A DNA stretch of 63,639 nucleotides, filler included, from Octopus bimaculoides (Eukaryota): NCBI RefSeq assembly GCF_001194135.2. It is 5 parts of 4 records of this genome, joined end to end, with 100 filler letters (N's around TTAATTAATTAA, not from the genome) between each part and the next. Parts side by side here need not be neighbours in the genome. Positions count along the whole stretch, not along the records: positions 17,714 to 40,538 come from NC_068997.1; positions 40,639 to 55,319 come from NC_068986.1; 3 more parts are not named here. One strand, given 5' to 3'. The notes below the pieces were generated by a model. The model had not been told where the DNA came from and ran no database searches. It saw only the letters and a list, made by a program, of their open reading frames with translations. This document shows positions 37,214 to 51,391 of the stretch, one piece after another (the stretch's first letter is position 1; each line of letters starts with the position of its first letter). Position numbers and translations under genes: made by a program.

Positions 37214-37354
37214 GCATACATACAAACATATATGCATAAATATAGATTGCATATATGTATATAAATGTATATGTATGTATATATGCATGTATATATATAT
37301 ATTTATATCACTATGCTAATGGCGAATGTGCATATATACATATATACTTGCATA

Positions 37355-37421
<67 letters not shown>

Positions 37422-37455
37422 TCGCCATATTTGCATAGTGATATTAGAAATAAGA

Positions 37456-37507
<52 letters not shown>

Positions 37508-37779
37508 TATGTGCATGTACACAATGTAAAAAAAACATCAACAATAAAAAATACCAAAATCGAAAGCAAACATTACAAAAATTAAAGTATTGTGAGGACA
37601 AAACGTGGAGGAAATGTGAGAATATGAATAACAATATGTATACAAGATTGTATATGTATGTATGTAAGTATGTATGTGTATATATATATATATTTGTAAG
37701 GGCGTATGTGTGTGAGTGTTTGTGTGTTTGTGTGTGTGTAAATGTGCGCGTAGACATATTCGTATGAAACGTATTTGTT

Positions 37780-39419
37780 TGTGTAAGGGAAAAAAGATGG
37801 ATGTGGAGCGAGACTTTACTGGAAGCGTAAAAAGTGAAAAAAATAAAGGAAAAGAATGAGCAGAGGGGAAATATTAGGGTAGATACAAAACGTGAGTAAA
37901 AGAGTTACATGTCTCATATAACGATGGACATAAGGAAATAAGAGAAAGAGAGAGATGGGAGAAAGAGAGAGGGGAGAGAGAGAGAAAGGGTGAGTGAGAG
38001 AGAACAAGATGGAGAGACTAGAGAAGGAATGAAAGTGAGATGTAAATAGGGTGGAGGAAGAGCAAGAAACGAAGAGGGAAAAAGACAGGGAAGGAAGGAG
38101 ACAGAGAGATGTGAAAAAGGGTGGATGATGAGAGGGAAAATCTGTGAAAATATGGCGGGGTCAAAAGTGGGAGAGATTTGGCCTGGGAGATAATCAGTGA
38201 GAAACATAAAATGTATTGAAGCAAGCTGAAAATACATGAGAGAGGGGCGGGGGCGGTGTAGAAAAACAGAAAGAGAGAGGGTGAGGGAAATAGAGGGAGG
38301 AGAAAGAGAGAGCAGGAGAGAAATTGGGGGAAAGAGAGAAAGAGGGCGTGCGTGTGGAAATGGAAAAAGAAAGAGAGGGAGGTTAAGAGAGAGAAGGAGA
38401 GATATAAAGTGATACAATTTGTAAAAGCGTGTTGAAGTAAAGGAAAAGGGGTTGAAAGACGTGTAGAGAGAAATAGGGAGAAATAGGGAGAATTAGGGAA
38501 AAGTAGAGTGAAGAAAGGTCAGAAATAGAAGGCGACAAAGTGATATAAAAAATTTCAAAAGCAGAATTCGATAGAGGGTAGAGAAAAAGAGAGAGAGACA
38601 GAGAGGAAGAGAGAAAGAGAGAGATAGAAGGAGGAATATGCAGAGTGATAGAGAAAATGGAGAGAGTGCTTGGGAGACTAAGAAAGTGGATGGTAAAATT
38701 GATTTGGAGAAAGTTAAAATAATATTGTGGGGGACACGTTGTTTAAAAGAAAAGTATAAGATTGTCGGAATGTTAGTAAAAAAAATGGGGGATAAAAAAC
38801 ACAAATGAAAAAGAGTTAAGAAGTTAGAAATTGATATAAATGAAACAGAGTGATATGGAAATGAGAGAGAAAGTGAAAATGAAAGTAAATAAATGTTGAA
38901 GAGAAATGGAGAAGGAAATTATATGAATGTGATTGCTGATGGGAGGAGAAAGAGGAAAGTGAAAGAATGAGGAAAAGAGAGATAGAAAGAAAGGGAAGGA
39001 GGGAGAGAGAGAGAGACAGAGAGAGAGGAAAAGAGAAAGAGAGAGCGAGAGAAATGTTTGTGCGAAAGACTGTGAAAGAGATTGTGGATTGTGTAGATTG
39101 CAGAGGTGAGAGTTAGAATTGGTAAACTTTAAGAATTCATTAAAAACCATAAAATATACATGGAATGATGTAAAAGCGAAGAGGGTCGGGTGATCTAGCG
39201 TTTAACAGAGTGAGATAGAAAGATAGACAGAGAGAGGGAGGGGTGAGAGAGAGATAGGGAGTGAGAGGGGGAGATGGTTAGAGATATATTGGCAGAGACA
39301 CAGGTAGAAAGAGCATGAAAGAAAAGAGAGTGAGAGAGAGAGAAAGAGATTGCAGAGTTTTTGATATAGATACACAGAGAGAAAAGCGAGGTATAGAAAT
39401 ATGATAAGTTATATTCGTA

Positions 39420-39467
<48 letters not shown>

Positions 39468-39830
39468 TACGTACATACATACATATACATATGTGTGTGT
39501 ATGTGCTTGTATTTGGGTGTGTGTGGGTATTGAGAAAACGGAGGAGAGAGAATAGCGGAATACTGACTCTGATCTAGATAGATAGAGAGAGACCAATGGG
39601 TATGTTTTGAGACATTATAGAGTGGGTGGGAAAGAAGACAGAGGGAGGAGAGAGAGGAGAGGGAGATTGCGACAGAGAGAGAGAGAGAGGGGAGTGCTCA
39701 TGAGTCGAAAAGACAGAGATAGAAATTATATGTAGAAAGAAAGAACGAGAGTGAAATATAAAGAGGGAGAGAGAGAGAGAGACAGAGAGACAGAGAAAAT
39801 GATAGGGAAAGTGAGAAAGCACCTATGTGA
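37780..39830. repeat. About 2 kb purine-rich (GA/GAA) low-complexity region
   Basis: Strong A+G bias on the + strand; gives spurious F/L/S ORFs on the minus strand. Confidence 0.85.
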
Positions 39831-39864
39831 ATATATACATATATATGTGTGAGAGTGTGTTTTA

Positions 39865-39908
<44 letters not shown>

Positions 39909-40257
39909 TGTGTGTGCGTGCGTGTGCTGAAGAGTAAAAGAATGAGAATGAGAATGAGAATGAAAAGTGAAAGATAGATTAAATGAATAAGAGTGACGGT
40001 GAGTAAAGTGATGGAGAGATAGTGTGATAGTGTTATCTATCTAAAGTAAGTGTAAAAGAAAATCACCGAAAGCAATAATGATATAAGCAAAACCAATAAA
40101 GAGTCACGCATGAATAGCGTTGAACAATTTTACACGCTGCTCTTCAAGAAGCTTTGATATGATTTCGTTTCAATAGTCGCTCCACCTACCAACTTCACGC
40201 TGCCCCCCACATTTTTGCCTTGTCTTTATATTTTCGTTCTTTCTTCCTTTCTTTCTT

Positions 40258-40295
<38 letters not shown>

Positions 40296-40468
40296 CATTT
40301 TACTCTCTCTCTCTCTCCCTCTCTTTCGCAATATCATGTTTTATATCCATTTGTTGTGTTTCTCTTAGCTCCTCTTATAAGAACTGATACTACTTACATA
40401 CATACGTACATACATACATACATACACATATATGTATATATACACACACACACGCACTTATACATATG

Positions 40469-40538
<70 letters not shown>

Positions 40539-40810
40539 NNNNNNNNNNNNNNNNNNNNNNNNNNNNNNNNNNNNNNNNNNNNTTAATTAATTAANNNNNN
40601 NNNNNNNNNNNNNNNNNNNNNNNNNNNNNNNNNNNNNNCGTATTAACAGAGTATATAGGTGATACAGACACTCCCCATACACACATGCACTTACAAAAGA
40701 CACAGACACATTGAAAGACACGCATGCGTAGACACATACAATAGGAATACAAAATACAAAATGGCTGATATTTAGCAAAGTGAGACACACATAAGAAGGA
40801 AGGAAACAAA

Positions 40811-40856
40811 GGACCACTGATGAGGTCACAGAAGCGTGACGAAAGAACTCTGGCCG
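40811..40856 (+). ncRNA. Minimal type I hammerhead ribozyme-like motif
   Basis: CCA CUGAUGA g GUCAC agaagc GUGAC GAAA G aa C UC^UGG: intact core, 5-bp stem II, 3-bp stem I, 2-bp stem III. Confidence 0.65.
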
Positions 40857-41509
40857 AAATAAGATTAATATTAATGTAATATAAAGCTGAAGCAAATTAA
40901 CACCAAATATACAGTGCGTGTGTTTTTATTGGCTAAACTGGCAATATGACCATCCCCAAGTACAACAATATATATATATATATATATGCGCGCGCGCGCG
41001 TGTGTATATATATTAATATATGTATGTATTGCATGGTTTAATCAAGCATACATCACTTACACTTACACATATGCATACACGCATTCACATGTATGAATAC
41101 GTGATATATGCGTGATTAAACCACCTAAAATATTAAGATTCGTAGCAATCTGACAATCACGCAATAATTGAGGTGAGATGAACAGCAGGGACACTAAATA
41201 TTTTTGAATACAATTACAATTGTTTTTGTTAAGTAGGGTAAGACAAAGTTAATGAGCTGTGAACAGATGTAGGGGATGGGTGAAGCTATAATTGCAGAGA
41301 GTGGGACAAGAAAGTTATTCAGATCTATAGAGAGACAGAAAGAGATAAAAAGAGAGATGGGAAAGAAGAGATGTAGTGTGAGAAGGTGAGTGATGTTTGG
41401 AGTGAAAATATGTATATATTCACGAAGATATATATCTTGAATGCTGAGTTGATTATGAATTAATGCTGCGTATGAACGTGAATGTTATTACAGGAGATGG
41501 TGCGTATGT

Positions 41510-41574
<65 letters not shown>

Positions 41575-42479
41575 NNNNNNNNNNNNNNNNNNNNNNNNNN
41601 NNNNNNNNNNNNNNNNNNNNNNNNNNNNNNNNNNNNNNNNNNNNNNNNNNNNNNNNNNNNNNNNNNNNNNNNNNNNNNNNNNNNNNNNNNNNNNNNNNNN
41701 NNNNNNNNNNNNNNNNNNNNNNNNNNNNNNNNNNNNNNNNNNNNNNNNNNNNNNNNNNNNNNNNNNNNNNNNNNNNNNNNNNNNNNNNNNNNNNNNNNNN
41801 NNNNNNNNNNNNNNNNNNNNNNNNNNNNNNNNNNNNNNNNNNNNNNNNNNNNNNNNNNNNNNNNNNNNNNNNNNNNNNNNNNNNNNNNNNNNNNNNNNNN
41901 NNNNNNNNNNNNNNNNNNNNNNNNNNNNNNNNNNNNNNNNNNNNNNNNNNNNNNNNNNNNNNNNNNNNNNNNNNNNNNNNNNNNNNNNNNNNNNNNNNNN
42001 NNNNNNNNNNNNNNNNNNNNNNNNNNNNNNNNNNNNNNNNNNNNNNNNNNNNNNNNNNNNNNNNNNNNNNNNNNNNNNNNNNNNNNNNNNNNNNNNNNNN
42101 NNNNNNNNNNNNNNNNNNNNNNNNNNNNNNNNNNNNNNNNNNNNNNNNNNNNNNNNNNNNNNNNNNNNNNNNNNNNNNNNNNNNNNNNNNNNNNNNNNNN
42201 NNNNNNNNNNNNNNNNNNNNNNNNNNNNNNNNNNNNNNNNNNNNNNNNNNNNNNNNNNNNNNNNNNNNNNNNNNNNNNNNNNNNNNNNNNNNNNNNNNNN
42301 NNNNNNNNNNNNNNNNNNNNNNNNNNNNNNNNNNNNNNNNNNNNNNNNNNNNNNNNNNNNNNNNNNNNNNNNNNNNNNNNNNNNNNNNNNNNNNNNNNNN
42401 NNNNNNNNNNNNNNNNNNNNNNNNNNNNNNNNNNNNNNNNNNNNNNNNNNNNNNNNNNNNNNNNNNNNNNNNNNNNNNN

Positions 42480-42530
<51 letters not shown>

Positions 42531-43564
42531 ATATATACACAGAGAGAGTTGCATGTATAGAACATAATAATGTGAATATGTATAAGTACACAAACATATA
42601 AACATATATATGCATATACTTATACACACGCAGACGTATATATTTTTTTGAGAGGGGGAGAGAGAGGGAAAGATGGAAATAGAGAAAGAAAAAGATCGAT
42701 AGAGAGAGAGAGAGAGAAAGAAAAAGAGAGTGAGAGAATCTAAATGTATACACAGTGTCTCTAATTGTGTTTGCGTACGTGGATGTGTTGCGTGTGTCTG
42801 ATAGCATGTGTAGCTGAATTGGCACCCATAAGCCGAATAGTTTTAATTAGTGGCGGTGGCGGTGAATGAATGTAAAATGAAGAAAAATGGGGGTATTGGA
42901 CTAAGACATGAGAGCTGTAAATCAATTCTTACTTACTCCCACACGCATAAACACACATACACACATACGTACACGCATTGTCGTAAGAATAACGGCGGCG
43001 GAGATTAATACGAAGACGTTGCAACAAACAAAACCATTTTTTTACAGAGAGCAAATATACAGAACAAACAGCCAAATTTCTTTTAGATGTTTATCTAGCA
43101 ATTCTTAACGAAGGACACTTTGGATGATGCAGCCCTTGATACACTGTTCGGTATGTGCATGGGTTATTCTGGAACGACTTTGACCATAAGTTGACTTGAT
43201 AAGGAATCGCCGAGTGCCAAACGAAAGAAGATGTACCAATAGACATTAGTATTTTAAATTGATAAAGAAACTTTGACAGTAATAAAGAAATACGTACGTC
43301 TATGTGTGATTATGTGATTATGTGATCATATTTCAAGAAAGATTTTCTTAAATCAACGCTTTTGAGATATATAAATAAAAAAAAGATTAGTATATATATA
43401 TATATAGGAGAACTCTTTAAATAGGACAGAATGCCAATTTCCTCTATACAGGTTAGCTTATTACATGTGCTTTTGAAAAACTGTTAATATTGAAGGTTCT
43501 TACTCCCAATACGAAAACCTCTTTCCAAAGTTTCCTGTTATTCTGATTTTTTAAAGATCCATTT

Positions 43565-43619
<55 letters not shown>

Positions 43620-43621
43620 CC

Positions 43622-44616
43622 GGATCTATTCCATCTCAACCACAAATTTCTTAATTAATTTTTTTCTAACTAAACAGTTTGAAAATTCGAATACTGGTAG
43701 AATTTCTCACTTAGAACAACGGTTTGCTCTGAACATTTCTGATAAATTTTCGTATTTTAGAAGTTATTTCGTGTTGAAGTTGTCGTATTAGGGTAATTTC
43801 ACCCAATCAATCACGTGTTTTCGATTGACGAAAGCTACTACTGTTTGCGATAGTAATCGAAGAGCAACAACTTCCGGGTCATCTCTACTAAATGTCACCA
43901 CGCTATTGTATTCGTATGGTGAGCGAAGACGATGCCGCCTTTATCCTTTCTTCCATTCTAGTCGGCACCGTACATTCCTTACACTTTCCCTCCTTTCTAC
44001 ACTATTAACTAACAACCAGCGTGCGAACTTGTCAGTGCCACTACAATTACCGTATTTTCCGGTGTATAAACCGTTATTTATTTTGTTTTAGCTTCATGTT
44101 TTGATAATGTTATTTTTTTATATAAGTACTTTTGTATTGACAAAACATGTTTGTTGTTGATTACAGTAAGATAAAATCATGACAATAACAATACATCTCA
44201 TAGTTGTAAAATAATGCATTTTGAAACTACATACACGTCAACAATTAAGGAGTTAGCTACGGATTCGTTGCTCTATAGGTTTTTTATGCGTGGATAAAGC
44301 ACAGATGTCGGGCAAACGAATAAATATATGTAAATAATATTTCTTCCTTCTTGGTTTTAATGCATCGATAGTTTTGATTCTTGGAACAGTGTGGTGCCAT
44401 TTCGTAGAGAAGGCCCGGAAGTTGTTCCTCTTCGATTACTATCGTATATAGCTGTAGCTTTCTTCGACCGAACACACGTCGTTAATTGGTTGAGACTACC
44501 CAAATAGTACAAATTTAACGCGAAATAACTTCTAAAATACGAAATTTTGCCAAACACGTTCAGAGTAAACTGTGTTCTACGTGAGAATAAATCTTTGATT
44601 GAGATGGAATAGATCC
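43622..44616. mobile_element. About 1 kb non-autonomous inverted-repeat (MITE/foldback-like) element
   Basis: Perfect 18-bp termini GGATCTATTCCATCTCAA / TTGAGATGGAATAGATCC; diverged arms about 43700-43910 versus 44385-44590; no coding capacity. Confidence 0.75.
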
Positions 44617-44768
44617 TATGTACCTATGTACCTACCTACCTACCTACCTACCGACCTACCTACATACCTACTTACCTACCCATTTCTCTATTTATCTATC
44701 TATCTCCCTCTCTATATATATATATACACACACATACACACTACACATGAGCGTTATAAATATATATG

Positions 44769-44817
<49 letters not shown>

Positions 44818-45261
44818 CACACATATATGTAGATAGGTATGTAGGTACGTAGGTATGCGTGCGTGTATATATAAGTCTGTGTGTGTGCATGTATGTATGT
44901 ATGTATGTATGTTGTATGCATGTACTATTAAAGGAGGAGAGATTAATTGAAGTGGGTCAACAGGCAGATATATAGGCATATTAACAGTGGATAAGAGATT
45001 AGCCTTCTGAAAATATGGTAAGTAGGTGTGTCATATAAATTGTTAATATGCAGTAGAAAGGGAAATGTAAATGACTGACGGGATATGCCGAGTAAGTGGA
45101 CCATATCGTAGAGTTATTGATGACAACCGGTTGAGTGATTAATCGTCTGCTTCAACAATCTGCACTCATACAATAATAGTTTTTTGGGGTTTTTTTGCAG
45201 TCTTGGAACATTAGACGTCTTGCCTTGCTTTCAAAATGGAGTACGTACATAGAGTAGCAAA

Positions 45262-45455
45262 TAAACCTTTGTAAATTTCGGCGCAAGGGCTGAAAGTTTT
45301 TTGGGGACTAGTCAATGACATCGACGAAAGTGTTTCACTGGTACGTAATTTATCGATCCCGAAAGGATGAAAGAGAAGGTCGACCTTGGCAGAATTGAAC
45401 TCAGAACGTAGCATCGGGCGAAATACCGCTAAGCATTTCGTCCAGCTTGCTAACG
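45262..45455 (-). mobile_element. SINE family B copy
   Basis: Homologous to 19375-19589. Confidence 0.8.
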
Positions 45456-46303
45456 ATTGTTACATTTCGTTTAATTTTCAAATGCATTGACATTTAAAGA
45501 GATATTTAACGTGTAGGCTTGTAAGGTCCCTTTGACATATTTATCTGTGACATATATCCATAGATTTCAAGATATACATTTCTTGCCATTTCTTGAATAA
45601 AACTAATACTTGGCATTTAGACATCATGATGATATCCAAAATGATAATTGTTACACTAATGAAGACAGAACAATTGTCGCCAGTCATTTATTAGTCTTTC
45701 CTTATCTTAGATATGAAGTTTTATAGATTAAAGATTTAGTGCAAATATCATCCAGTATTTTAACTCGTATGCATGTATTATGTATGTGTCATTTATGTAC
45801 ATTTGAATATATAATTATACGAGTTAAATCACCTCGAAATCTTCATGTCATGGGTTTCTTTCGCTTTAGATTCATATATTTTACAATATTTCATTCTCGT
45901 AAGATCGATAGTATACAATATCAGATAAGTATTGGCACAAATGAAATAGCCTCTTCGTTCCCATCGAAATGTGTGGCCTTATACTTCGTTTAGATATTCT
46001 TACTTATGCTTTAAATCCTTTCACGAAAATGCATGTATATCGTAGATACTTACTGTTTTCCTAACAGAAATATAACTGACATTGTGTGACGTTGTCAAAG
46101 TCGGTTAGTGTTGATAGCCATGAAAAATGCAACTAGTCGACCACAAAATTGTAGCAATTTAATGAAGGGATTTCCAATTAGATTTTAAGTCATTGCTCGT
46201 TGGGGCGGCAAATAGCTATATATAAAAGTGTACTGAATTACATAAGGAAATATGGAACATAAATATTTCGCGTGTGTATATATACCTTATGTATTTGTGT
46301 GTG

Positions 46304-46362
<59 letters not shown>

Positions 46363-46828
46363 NNNNNNNNNNNNNNNNNNNNNNNNNNNNNNNNNNNNNN
46401 NNNNNNNNNNNNNNNNNNNNNNNNNNNNNNNNNNNNNNNNNNNNNNNNNNNNNNNNNNNNNNNNNNNNNNNNNNNNNNNNNNNNNNNNNNNNNNNNNNNN
46501 NNNNNNNNNNNNNNNNNNNNNNNNNNNNNNNNNNNNNNNNNNNNNNNNNNNNNNNNNNNNNNNNNNNNNNNNNNNNNNNNNNNNNNNNNNNNNNNNNNNN
46601 NNNNNNNNNNNNNNNNNNNNNNNNNNNNNNNNNNNNNNNNNNNNNNNNNNNNNNNNNNNNNNNNNNNNNNNNNNNNNNNNNNNNNNNNNNNNNNNNNNNN
46701 NNNNNNNNNNNNNNNNNNNNNNNNNNNNNNNNNNNNNNNNNNNNNNNNNNNNNNNNNNNNNNNNNNNNNNNNNNNNNNNNNNNNNNNNNNNNNNNNNNNN
46801 NNNNNNNNNNNNNNNNNNNNNNNNNNNN

Positions 46829-46877
<49 letters not shown>

Positions 46878-47249
46878 GACAAACACATATATACATACAT
46901 ATATAAATACATATATAAATGCAGTCATCCAGGCATACTTTATATATGCATGTGTGCATATGGATGTGAACATTTTGGAAGCGGATTTACATGTATGCGT
47001 ATGTATGTGTGTAAGTGTGTATGTGTGCGTTATTCATGTACGTGAACACATGTGTAAACATTTGAATATTTGTTTCTAATGAAGTAATCACACTAGAATA
47101 TGTCTAAACTTTCACCCATTTCATCCAATAACCACTTGCCTTTAAATATCCGTTCTAACTCACAAAGTTCACAAAGTTTTTTTTAAATGAAAGAGCTTGA
47201 ACTACACAACCACCAATCATACCATTATCATTACTGTTGCCACAACTCT

Positions 47250-47307
47250 TTCTTCTTCTTCTTCTTCTTCTTCTTCTTCTTCTTCTTCTTCTTCTTCTTC
47301 TTCTTCT

Positions 47308-47341
<34 letters not shown>

Positions 47342-47348
47342 TTTCATT

Positions 47349-47414
<66 letters not shown>

Positions 47415-47415
47415 T
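47250..47415. repeat. Compound (TTC)n(TAC)n microsatellite
   Basis: Direct reading. Confidence 0.95.
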
Positions 47416-47417
47416 AA

Positions 47418-47690
47418 CAACATCGCTTGACAACTGATGCTGGTGTGTTCACGTCCAAATAATTTAGAGGTTGGGCTAAAGAGACCGATAGAAAAGTGCT
47501 AGGCTTAAAAGAATGAGTCCTGGGGTCGATATAATCGACTCCAGTACGTAACTGGTACTATGTAATCGACCCGTAAGGATGAAAGGCAAAATCGACCTCG
47601 GTGGAATTTGAATTCAGAACGTAATGGCAGACGAAATACCGCTAAGCATTTCGCCCGTCGTGCTAACGATTCTGCCAGTTCGTCACCCTA
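47418..47690. mobile_element. Chimera of SINE family C 3' half (+) fused to SINE family B (-)
   Basis: 47418-47537 matches the family C 3' half; from about 47538 it matches family B in reverse. Confidence 0.7.
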
Positions 47691-47874
47691 ATAGAAAACT
47701 TATTTGTGACAGTTACAAAATGTAGAAGAAAGTGTAAAACCGATAACTATATGATCCAACCAAAATATCTCAGTTATGCAAACGTAAACAGAATTACTAT
47801 TTAACCTTAAAATACATCGTACATATTCAGAGAACATTCTTGGTTTAGTGGAACGGAACATTTTTCTTGTATTC

Positions 47875-48095
47875 TTTTATTCTTTTACATGCTTCAGTCA
47901 TTTTACGGTTGCTTTGCTGGAGCACCACCATTTAGTCGAAGAAATTGACCCCTAGGCTTCATTCCCTGTAAGCCTGGTGCTTATTCTATCAGTGTCTTCT
48001 GAGGAACGGCTACGTTGCGTGGACGCAAATGCACCAACATCGGTTGTCAAACAATGGTGGTGGGGTAACAAACACAGACAGAAACACAGACATAA
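47875..48095 (-). mobile_element. SINE family C 3' half, degenerate
   Basis: Homologous to 51392-51570. Confidence 0.75.
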
Positions 48096-51000
48096 ATGTA
48101 TACATATATACATGCATACATCCCCTACACACCTCAAACACACACCTCAGAAATATATGTATGATGTGCTTGTTCAGAATACTTCAACTGAAAAACATAC
48201 GAATGTTGACAGTTTTTGCTTAAAAAGTGAAAATATTTCTGAAATACTCATCTAATATGCAAGGACAAAGTATATAGTATAGGGTTATTAAGTATGTCGT
48301 AGGAAAGTAAAATGCAACGGGAAAAATAGAATTAATATTTTTCATTTTGTGCGGCTCTATGAATTTATTTTTTTTAAAGCATTTGTCAATTGCTTGACAC
48401 AAGAAAATAGAAATTGGAAAAATTCTAACCAAAACAGAGAAATTCTAACTGAACAGAAAATATAGAAAGAGAAAGTTGCGTTTATTTCCACCACGCGACA
48501 ATTAATATCGCACACACATGTGCGCGTATGTGTGTGTCTTTTAGTTTTTGTTTACTTATTCTGAAATGTCTCGATTTTCAGTACGAATACGGACCGCGAA
48601 AGCGTGGCCCATCGATCAGCATCGATATAAAAAATTAGCCAATTGAAAGACTCTGTGTAGTTGTTCAACTTTCTAGAAATAACAGCCAAATCTCTCTCAT
48701 ACTCTGCTCTTGTTAGTATTAAGGAGAGGGGAAAAATTGAGTTAATATTTTTTGATATTGTCCGGCTCTATGAATTCAATTTTTTTTTACTGCTTTCGTC
48801 AATTACTTGATACAAGAAAAAACAAATTGGAAAAATCCTGACCAAAACAGAGAGATTGTTACTTAACAAAAAAATACAGAATAAGAAAGTTGCCTTTATT
48901 TCCACTATGGGACGTTGTATTCGAAAGCCAAAGTATGTTTTTTTTATTTCAGCTGAGATGTAAGTTTATCATCAAGACAAATTCACAATTTAAATTTCGG
49001 AACATAAAACTTAACATGTTATCTGGCCGAATTCAAATGAGTGGAAGACCTAAAACAATTGTGTGCGTGTGTGCGTATTGTTAGGCCTTTAATAGCCGGG
49101 GGGTCAATTTCAGTTCAGTCGTAGAAAGGCATTCAAACACTTATCAGCCACTCCCTCTTACCCTCTCTCTTTCTCTTTCACTTTCTCTCTCCCTTGCCCG
49201 ACACACGCGTCAGATTTAAGTATCTTAATTTTCTCTTTAATGTCGTTACTTCTTCGGTGGCCCAGTAGGCACGGATGTTGAGAATTACTACTATAACTCG
49301 TAGGTGGTTGTTTCAAATTTCATCCGGTAATCACAAGAGATCAATTTAAAACTATTTTTATTTAATCAACAAAATTTCTTACAACAATTTCTTTCTCTTA
49401 TGCCTGATACACGCGTTAGGTACGTACAAAAAGCAAATTGGCGTATTACTATTATTGATATATATTGTACAAATATATACACAATATCATTACATATTAA
49501 GTGAAAAGTATATGAATACAGCTGTCCGTTACACTGCTTCCTCACTGAGTAAGTTTAAGAGTAACGTACGTATAATTATGGGAAATGTTTGATTTAGAAG
49601 ACCAGACCAAATATGAAATCCCGTGATTATAAGGCGAACACCATATCTCTGGTTCCATACCTACGCACATTTCTTATCTTCAATGACTGCAAATAAGTAA
49701 GCTCTTCTCTTGGCAATTGTAACCGGCGATGAAATTTCAAATTGCATTGCCACTGGATCCTTTTAGTAGCTACTCATATCTTACTTCTGTAACTGACAAT
49801 TACCTGGAGGAGGATGTTACGAGAAAGAATCGGCGTTCCACTGTGAAATATTCAGTAATCCGAAAATTATGATTGAGATTATGAGATCCATAAGTTCATA
49901 TTATATTGGAAACTCAACCATATTCCATCGATGTTTATCTCACAATTGTACAACATTGTCCACACGCTTTTACACAATCAGTTTCTTTCCCTTATTTTTC
50001 TGTGGCTTCGGATTTCAAGGGTATTCGATTTTTTAGCATGTCTTGCGTATACCATAGGGTTGTTAAAAGTGCAAGCTTAGTGAAAAGACGCACTCTGGAT
50101 TAATAAGGGAGCCTGCAGGAGATCGCTCGACTGGCTAGAAACATTTGCTCCAATTTGCATGAGATCGCTCGAATTCCAAAAAATCAGAGTGAAATCTACT
50201 TTATATCACAACCAGCTGAAGAGAAAGTATATTGGACCAAGTAGTAAATAGGTAAGAGCCTGCATGAGATTGCTTGAATTGCTAGAAAGAGGAGACACAT
50301 CTTCCTCAAATAGCAACCTACTGTCGAGAAAACAACTTGGTACATTTGATAAAGATATAAATAGTCAGATGGATTATTAGAGTACGAAAGCGTTTGACTG
50401 TATTACTGTAGATCACGAGAGAATAAAAACAGCTACAACTCCATTTAGTGAATGCGACTTAGAGAGGAAACACAAGGATGGACACAACCAGGTATGTTCA
50501 TATGTAAAGGTCCACATTGAAATTTTAGTTTCAATGTTTGACATGAAAGCTAACTCAAGTAGAAAAAGAAAATCCAACGTCTACACCACCACCAGTACTT
50601 CGTTAGTTTCCCATCTCAACAACTCTCTACAGGCTACGCCATTCCAACAAACAAATAAACATGTTTTTACAGTGTTCTAAGTAAATCAACACACATACAT
50701 TTCTCTCACTCTAATTGTGTTCGAGATACATCTCGAGTAATTTCCTATGAAATGCTATATTAACATTACGCATGATTGCATTACAAATTTCCTCACGTTA
50801 CAGTGCACAAAAGCATATATGTATGTATACATATGTATGTATGTATGTNNNNNNNNNNNNNNNNNNNNNNNNNNNNNNNNNNNNNNNNNNNNNNNNNNNN
50901 NNNNNNNNNNNNNNNNNNNNNNNNNNNNNNNNNNNNNNNNNNNNNNNNNNNNNNNNNNNNNNNNNNNNNNNNNNNNNNNNNNNNNNNNNNNNNNNNNNNN

Positions 51001-51251
51001 NNNNNNNNNNNNNNNNNNNNNNNNNNNNNNNNNNNNNNNNNNNNNNNNNNNNNNNNNNNNNNNNNNNNNNNNNNNNNNNNNNNNNNNNNNNNNNNNNNNN
51101 NNNNNNNNNNNNNNNNNNNNNNNNNNNNNNNNNNNNNNNNNNNNNNNNNNNNNNNNNNNNNNNNNNNNNNNNNATATATATATATACATACATATACATA
51201 CATACAAGTACAAAGACACACAAACACATATATATATGTATATACATATTT

Positions 51252-51284
<33 letters not shown>

Positions 51285-51391
51285 TAGCAGAAGTAACAGA
51301 GTGACACATGGGTTGAGAGTTTCGGCATTGGTAATTTTGATAAGTGCTAACGCACGAAACTCTCGGTCCTTGAGTTACGCTGTTGCATCTC

